A stretch of DNA of 31,009 nucleotides from Fibrobacteria bacterium. Lineage in GTDB: Bacteria; Fibrobacterota; Fibrobacteria; UBA11236. Made by a program: the position numbers and the translations under genes. This document shows positions 25,714 through 31,009 of the stretch, one piece after another. The number at the start of each line of letters is the position of its first letter. Position 1 is the stretch's first letter. The DNA lies in NCBI GenBank assembly GCA_050486505.1, contig JBJHDK010000025.1:1-31009 (forward strand). Direction: 5' to 3'. The notes under the pieces are model-generated. The model worked only from the letters and a program-made list of their open reading frames with translations, was not told the origin of the DNA and ran no database searches.

Positions 25714-28653
25714 ATGACGACCGTAACCGAGGATGTCAAGGAAATGTTGAGCACGGCGGATGTCGTGGGCATGGCCATCAGCGGGCTGGATCCAGCCCGC
25801 TATCAGGTGGAGCGCCGCGACGGCTCCCTGGTCAAATTCAAGGGCGAAAAGATTATCCGTGCGGTGACGAAGGCCTTTTTGGCCGAAGAAAAGCTCACGG
25901 AACCCACCGAACGCATTCTGGGCGAGGTCCGCCTGATCGCGGAGTCTGTGTTCGCGGCCCTTGCGCGCCGTCGGCCGAATGGCGGGACCTGGCATATCGA
26001 GGATATCCAGGACCAGGTCGAATTGGCGCTGATGCGGGAAGGGCGCCCCGAGGTCGCGAAGCGTTATGTGCTGTACCGGCAGGAACGGGCCCGTCAGCGC
26101 GAGCGCGAAAGGCAGGAGGGCGCGACGTCGGGCGCGGCTCCGGCAGCGGCGCATGCCTATACCGTGACGAACCTCGCGGGAGAGGTCGTTCCCCTCGACG
26201 AGGAACGGCTGCGTGCCGTGATCGCCGAGGCGTGCGCGGGGTACGAGCAGGAAGCCCCTCCGGCGCGTGTCCTCAAGGAAACCCTGACAAACCTTTTCCC
26301 GGGCATCCCGGAGCGCGACGTGTCGAAGGCCATGGTGATGGTGTCGTGCTCGCACATCGAGGAGGATCCGGCATGGAGCTTCGTCACGGCGCGCCTGCTC
26401 ATGGACGACATCCGCGAAGAGGCCCTCGGCAAGCGTCTGACCGCTACGGAGATGGCGGAGCGCTACCCCTCCTACTTTGTCGAGTACGTGAAGCTCGCGG
26501 TGGATCGCGAACTTCTCGACGCGCGCCTGCTTGATTACGATCTCGGCCGTCTGGGCAAGGCCCTCAATCCCGCACGCGACAATGACGTGACCTACCTCGG
26601 GCTGCGCACGCTGCATGACCGTTACTTCGTGCACTTGCCGGAAGGGCGGCACATCGAGTTGCTCCAGGCTTTCTGGATGCGCGTCGCCATGGGACTGGCC
26701 CTGAACGAAGTTGATCGCGAGGCCCGCGCCATCGAGTTTTACGAAGTGCTCTCGAGCTTCCGCTTCGTGAGCAGCACGCCCACGCTGTTCAACTCGGGGA
26801 CGCGTCACTCCCAGATGTCGTCGTGCTACCTGACGACGGTTCCCGACGACCTCGAGGGGATTTTCGGCGCGATCCAGGACGACGCCATGCTGTCCAAGTT
26901 CGCGGGCGGCCTCGGCAACGACTGGACTCCGGTGCGCGCGCTTGGTTCGCACATCAAGGGGACGAACGGCAAGAGCCAAGGCATCATTCCGTTTCTCAAG
27001 GTGGCCAACGACACGGCCGTGGCGGTGAACCAGGGGGGGCGCCGCAAGGGCGCGATGTGCGCCTATCTGGAGACCTGGCACCTCGACATCGAGGAGTTCC
27101 TCGAGTTAAGGAAGAATACAGGCGACGACCGTCGCCGCACCCACGACATGAACACGGCGAACTGGATTCCTGACCTGTTCATGAAGCGCGTCATGGAAGA
27201 CGGTCCCTGGACGTTGTTCAGCCCCAATGAGGTCCCCGATCTTCACGATCTCTACGGGAAGGCCTTCGAGGAACGCTACAAGTTCTACGAGAGCGAAGCT
27301 GCGGCAGGCCGCGTGCGCACCTACAAGACGATCCGTGCCAATGACCTGTGGCGCAAGATGTTGTCGATGCTGTACGAAACGGGCCATCCGTGGGTCACCT
27401 TCAAGGATCCTTCGAACCTGCGGTCTCCGCAGCGCCACACGGGCGTCGTCCACAGCTCGAACCTTTGCACCGAGATTCTGCTGAATACGCGGGCCGGCGA
27501 GGAAATTGCCGTGTGCAACCTCGGTTCGGTGAACCTCGTGCGCCACATGCGCGACGGCGGCCTCGACGCGAAGGCGCTGGGGGCGACGGTGAACGTGGCG
27601 ATGCGCATGCTCGACAACGTTATCGACCTCAACTACTACCCGGTTCCGGCCGCCCGCAATTCCAACCTCAAGCACCGTCCGGTCGGACTCGGTGTCATGG
27701 GGTTCCAGGACGCCTTGTACGCGGCGGGGATTTCTTACGCTTCCGAAGGCGCGGTCGAGTTCGCCGACGCCAGCATGGAAATCATCTCCTGGCACTCGAT
27801 CATGGCGTCGTCGCAACTGGCGCGCGAGCGCGGACGCTACCCGAGCTATGAAGGGTCCTCATGGTCGCAGGGCCTTTTGCCCATCGACACCGTGAAGCTC
27901 GTCGCGGCCGAACGCGGCGTCGACGTCGTCATGGACGACTCCTGCCGCATGGACTGGGAGCCCGTTCGGGAGCATATCCGCCAGTGGGGCATGCGCAACA
28001 GCAACTGCATGGCCATCGCGCCCACGGCGACGATCTCGAACATCATCGGCGTCTCGCAGTCGATTGAGCCGACCTACAAGAACCTCTACGTCAAGAGCAA
28101 CTTGTCGGGCGAATTCACCGTGATCAACACCTACCTCGTGACCGCGCTCAAGGAGCGTGGCCTGTGGGACAAGGCCATGGTGCAGGATCTCAAGTATTTC
28201 GACGGGGAACTTGCGGAAATCAGCCGGATTCCCGAAGACGTCAAACAGCGCTTCAGGACGGCCTTCGATGTCGAGCCCAAATGGCTGATCGCTTGTGCGA
28301 TGAAACGGCAGAAGTGGATCGACATGGGCCAGTCGCTGAACCTGTACATGGCCCAGCCGAGCGGCAAGAAGCTCGATGCCATGTACAAGCTTGCCTGGCA
28401 GTCGGGCCTGAAGACCACGTATTACCTGCGCGCGCTCGGGGCGACTCAGGCCGAGAAATCGACCCTCGATCGCACCCGCGGAGTCAACGCGGTGACGACC
28501 GCGACTGCGGCCGCGACGGCCTTGTCGGATGCCGAGGCCAAGGCCGCCATCGAAAACATCAAGAACGGGCAAGGTGCGCCCGCGTCCCCGTCCGGGGAGG
28601 CCGCCATGGCTTGTTCCATCATGAACGGAGAGGAGTGCGAAGCATGTCAATAA
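25714..28653 (+). CDS. nrdA: Ribonucleoside-diphosphate reductase alpha subunit, class Ia, two N-terminal ATP-cones
   Basis: [45 protein letters not shown]-terminal CEAC; cones begin VERRDG and VTNLAG. Confidence 0.97.
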   Translation: MTTVTEDVKEMLSTADVVGMAISGLDPARYQVERRDGSLVKFKGEKIIRAVTKAFLAEEKLTEPTERILGEVRLIAESVFAALARRRPNGGTWHIEDIQDQVELALMREGRPEVAKRYVLYRQERARQRERERQEGATSGAAPAAAHAYTVTNLAGEVVPLDEERLRAVIAEACAGYEQEAPPARVLKETLTNLFPGIPERDVSKAMVMVSCSHIEEDPAWSFVTARLLMDDIREEALGKRLTATEMAERYPSYFVEYVKLAVDRELLDARLLDYDLGRLGKALNPARDNDVTYLGLRTLHDRYFVHLPEGRHIELLQAFWMRVAMGLALNEVDREARAIEFYEVLSSFRFVSSTPTLFNSGTRHSQMSSCYLTTVPDDLEGIFGAIQDDAMLSKFAGGLGNDWTPVRALGSHIKGTNGKSQGIIPFLKVANDTAVAVNQGGRRKGAMCAYLETWHLDIEEFLELRKNTGDDRRRTHDMNTANWIPDLFMKRVMEDGPWTLFSPNEVPDLHDLYGKAFEERYKFYESEAAAGRVRTYKTIRANDLWRKMLSMLYETGHPWVTFKDPSNLRSPQRHTGVVHSSNLCTEILLNTRAGEEIAVCNLGSVNLVRHMRDGGLDAKALGATVNVAMRMLDNVIDLNYYPVPAARNSNLKHRPVGLGVMGFQDALYAAGISYASEGAVEFADASMEIISWHSIMASSQLARERGRYPSYEGSSWSQGLLPIDTVKLVAAERGVDVVMDDSCRMDWEPVREHIRQWGMRNSNCMAIAPTATISNIIGVSQSIEPTYKNLYVKSNLSGEFTVINTYLVTALKERGLWDKAMVQDLKYFDGELAEISRIPEDVKQRFRTAFDVEPKWLIACAMKRQKWIDMGQSLNLYMAQPSGKKLDAMYKLAWQSGLKTTYYLRALGATQAEKSTLDRTRGVNAVTTATAAATALSDAEAKAAIENIKNGQGAPASPSGEAAMACSIMNGEECEACQ

Positions 28654-29777
28654 TCTGGGACGAAGAAACAAAGACCGCCCCCGCCACCGCCCCTGCGGGG
28701 AACGCCGGGGAAGACTCGCAGGCCGGGGAACCCGCGAAGCTCGCTTCCCTGTTCGGTGAGTCGACGGCTCGGGTCAAGGTCGATGAGAAGAAAATCATCA
28801 ACTGCCGCGCCGACCTGAACCAGCTCGTGCCCATCAAGTACGAGTGGGCCTGGAAGAAGTACCTCGATGCCTGCGCCAACCACTGGATGCCGCAGGAAAT
28901 CAACATGTCGCGCGACATCGAGCTCTGGAAGAGCAACCAGATGACCGAAGACGAACGTCGCGTTGTCATGCGCAACATGGGGTTCTTCTCCACGGCGGAC
29001 TCCCTGGTGGCGAACAACATCGTGCTGGCGGCCTACCGCCACATCACGAATCCCGAGTGCCGCCAGTACATGCTGCGCCAGGCCTTCGAGGAGGCGTTGC
29101 ACACGCACGCCTACCAGTACATCATCGAGTCGCTCGGCCTCAACGAGGCCGAGGTGTTCAACATGTACCACGAGGTCAATTCCATCCACGGCAAGGATGC
29201 CTTCGAGATCAACCTCACCCGCGAGATGTTGCGTCCCGACTTCGAGACGGAGAGCTTCAAGGGCGCGCAGACGTTCCTTGAGAACCTGATCGGCTACTAC
29301 GTGATCATGGAAGGCATCTTCTTCTACAGCGGCTTCGTGATGATGCTCAACTTCAAGCGGCAGAACCGCCTTCCCGGGTCGGGCGAGCAGTTCGAGTACA
29401 TCCTCCGCGACGAGACGATGCACATGAACTTCGGCATCGACGTGATCAACCAGATCAAGATCGAAAACCCCGACCTTTGGACGAAGGAAGTGCGGGAACG
29501 GTCCGTCGAACTGGTGCGCGAGGCCGTGCGCCTCGAGGTCGCTTATGCGAAGGACACCATGCCGCGCGGCATCCTCGGCATCAACGCCGGGATGTTCGAG
29601 GACTACGTCGGGTACGTGGCCGACCGTCGCCTCGAGAAGATCGGGCTCCCCAAGGTGTACAACACCGAGAACCCCTTCCCGTGGATGAGCGAGGTGCTCG
29701 ACCTGCGCAAGGAGAAGAACTTCTTCGAGACGCGGGTCACCGAATACCAGGTAGGAGGCGCGCTCAGCTGGGATTGA
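28644..29777 (+). CDS. nrdB: Ribonucleoside-diphosphate reductase beta subunit, class Ia
   Basis: Ligands FSTAD, EEALH..AY (radical Tyr present), [17 protein letters not shown]-terminal [14 protein letters not shown]...LSWD; ATG 28644 overlaps the nrdA end. Confidence 0.96.
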   Translation: MSIIWDEETKTAPATAPAGNAGEDSQAGEPAKLASLFGESTARVKVDEKKIINCRADLNQLVPIKYEWAWKKYLDACANHWMPQEINMSRDIELWKSNQMTEDERRVVMRNMGFFSTADSLVANNIVLAAYRHITNPECRQYMLRQAFEEALHTHAYQYIIESLGLNEAEVFNMYHEVNSIHGKDAFEINLTREMLRPDFETESFKGAQTFLENLIGYYVIMEGIFFYSGFVMMLNFKRQNRLPGSGEQFEYILRDETMHMNFGIDVINQIKIENPDLWTKEVRERSVELVREAVRLEVAYAKDTMPRGILGINAGMFEDYVGYVADRRLEKIGLPKVYNTENPFPWMSEVLDLRKEKNFFETRVTEYQVGGALSWD

Positions 29778-29795
29778 TCCCGGCAAGGCCAAAGG

Positions 29796-29840
29796 AAACG
29801 GATCCCGCGATGTACCCGCATCCGGGATTCCGGTTTTTCC
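29796..29840 (+). terminator. Probable terminator hairpin after nrdB
   Basis: Imperfect stem CGGATCCCG-CGATG...CATC-CGGGATTCCG followed by GTTTTT. Confidence 0.5.
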
Positions 29841-29886
29841 CCAACGGTCCGAATTCTTCCGGGAGGACGGACGGCAAGGAGGAATC

Positions 29887-30480
29887 ATGATTCAGCAATC
29901 GGGTGAACGTACGTTCCCGCGCGCTTCCGTCCGGAGGTGGGCGGGGGTTTTCTTCGCGGCCGGGCTGCTGGCGTTGGGGATCGTGTCCTGCCAGCGCGAC
30001 ACCGGGGACCGCGAGGATGCGAAGGCGATCGGCCGTGGCACGGAAAAGGCCGCGAGCATCCATGTCCACGAGGGAAACGGCTGGCTGGCCAGCGGCGGGG
30101 AAATCCTCATCGCGGAGTGGCACAGCGGGCTCAAGGACGGCAGCGGGGATTACTACGCCAGCTTCCGCGGCGCCAACGGCGGCGCGACCGTCGATCTGCG
30201 CATCACGGGGTTGCATGGCGCGGGCGAATTCACCTGCGGTTCTCCGGAGGCCGGGATCGAGCTCCGCGTGGACGTGCGCAACGCCTACGTCCCGGCCAAA
30301 GGCGGCGCATGCAGGGTCATCGTGACCCGCTTTGAGAACGGGATCATCGAGGGGCGTTACACCGCCGAACTTTCGAACCGTACCAATGACGGTGACGCGA
30401 TTTCGGTGTCGGGGACTTTCCGCGCGAGTCGTCCCCCGCGAATCGCCGCAGCTTCGGCCCAGGGAATCGGGATGAGGTAG
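29887..30480 (+). CDS. Hypothetical lipoprotein
   Basis: RBS AGGAGG; basic N-terminus + hydrophobic helix + IVSC lipobox; beta-rich mature region. Confidence 0.65.
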   Translation: MIQQSGERTFPRASVRRWAGVFFAAGLLALGIVSCQRDTGDREDAKAIGRGTEKAASIHVHEGNGWLASGGEILIAEWHSGLKDGSGDYYASFRGANGGATVDLRITGLHGAGEFTCGSPEAGIELRVDVRNAYVPAKGGACRVIVTRFENGIIEGRYTAELSNRTNDGDAISVSGTFRASRPPRIAAASAQGIGMR

Positions 30481-30493
30481 ATTCACCTCCCCG

Positions 30494-31009
30494 ATGCTCC
30501 TCGCCGCCCTGATTCCCGTCATTGCCCCGCTGCTCCTGCTGGGGATGTTCCAAATGCGGGCATCGCGGGCGATGCCCCTGTGCTTCCTGTTGACCGTCGC
30601 GGCTGCTTTCTTCGCCTGGCAGGTTCCGGGCGACCGCGTGGCGGCAGCAACGCTTGAGGGCTGGATCCTCGCCGCCACCATTCTCTGGATTTTGTTCGGC
30701 GCGCTGATTCTTCTCAACGCGTTGCGCATCTCGGGCGCGATGGATGCCTTGCGCGTCCGCCTGGCAGCCGCGAGTCCCGATCGCAACGTGCAACTGTTGT
30801 TGGTCGCGTGGCTGTTCGGGTCTTTCCTCGAAAGCGTCGCCGGATTCGGGACGCCCGCCGCCATCTGCGCGCCGCTCCTGGTGGCGCTCGGCTTTCCGGC
30901 CATGGGGGCGGTGTTCGTCTGCCTCGCGGCCAACAGCGTTTCCGTCGCGTTCGGAGCGGCCGGAACTCCGGTGTTGATCGGCCTTGCGCAGGGTCTGCAA
31001 ACCGCATCC
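30494..31009 (+). CDS. lctP: L-lactate permease family transporter, N-terminal part (runs off window; absent from ORF track)
   Basis: Manual translation MLLAALIPVIAPLLLL...ILWILFGALILLN...SPDRNVQLLLVAWLFGSFLESVAGFGTPAAICAPLLVALGF...AFGAAGTP matches LctP motifs. Confidence 0.88.
   Translation, partial: MLLAALIPVIAPLLLLGMFQMRASRAMPLCFLLTVAAAFFAWQVPGDRVAAATLEGWILAATILWILFGALILLNALRISGAMDALRVRLAAASPDRNVQLLLVAWLFGSFLESVAGFGTPAAICAPLLVALGFPAMGAVFVCLAANSVSVAFGAAGTPVLIGLAQGLQTAS

Noticed and set aside
25714..28653. Intein or intron in nrdA (979 aa is long)
   Set aside because: The extra length is explained by two ATP-cones and the C-terminal tail; catalytic motifs are contiguous and no intein splice motifs were seen
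28644..29777. Class Ic (Mn/Fe, Chlamydia-type) or metal-free RNR beta
   Set aside because: First ligand is Asp (FSTAD), the radical Tyr is present (HTHAY) and all carboxylate/His ligands are intact, consistent with class Ia
29764..31007. Minus-strand ORFs 29764-30933, 30344-31000 and 30714-31007
   Set aside because: The plus strand encodes a lipoprotein and a clear lactate permease, missed by the ORF track because it has no stop in the window

Overview
GC-rich bacterial chromosomal window made almost entirely of core genes. I found no mobile element, prophage, CRISPR array or defence island. Gene order: zwf 3' end; a minus-strand block (membrane histidine kinase, geranylgeranyl-reductase-family flavoprotein, ApaH-like metallophosphoesterase, ferredoxin-NADP+ reductase); gap-pgk-tpiA-secG-tRNA-Leu(GAG); psd, an [4Fe-4S]-motif HhH-like hypothetical, a lipoprotein and a small Hc1/'histone H1'-like protein; mreBCD-mrdA-rodA-comF; tRNA-Ser(TGA), a short PBP and orn on the minus strand; fabF; a minus-strand three-gene System II cytochrome c maturation operon (lipoprotein-ccsB-ccsA); NrdR-box-controlled class Ia nrdAB; a lipoprotein; and the 5' part of a lactate permease. 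The host may be an FCB-group bacterium such as Fibrobacterota, but that is only an inference. No clearly new multi-gene system is demonstrable from sequence alone. The best leads are: (i) an uncharacterised lipoprotein coupled to a split CcsB/CcsA, possibly a third System II component; (ii) an EndoIII-like Fe-S protein that appears to lack the catalytic Asp, coupled to psd; (iii) eukaryote-like PGK and kinetoplastid-like GAPDH in one bacterial operon; (iv) recurrent TAnnTT boxes 6-10 nt before start codons, suggesting widespread leaderless mRNAs. All family assignments come from motif recognition, not database searches.
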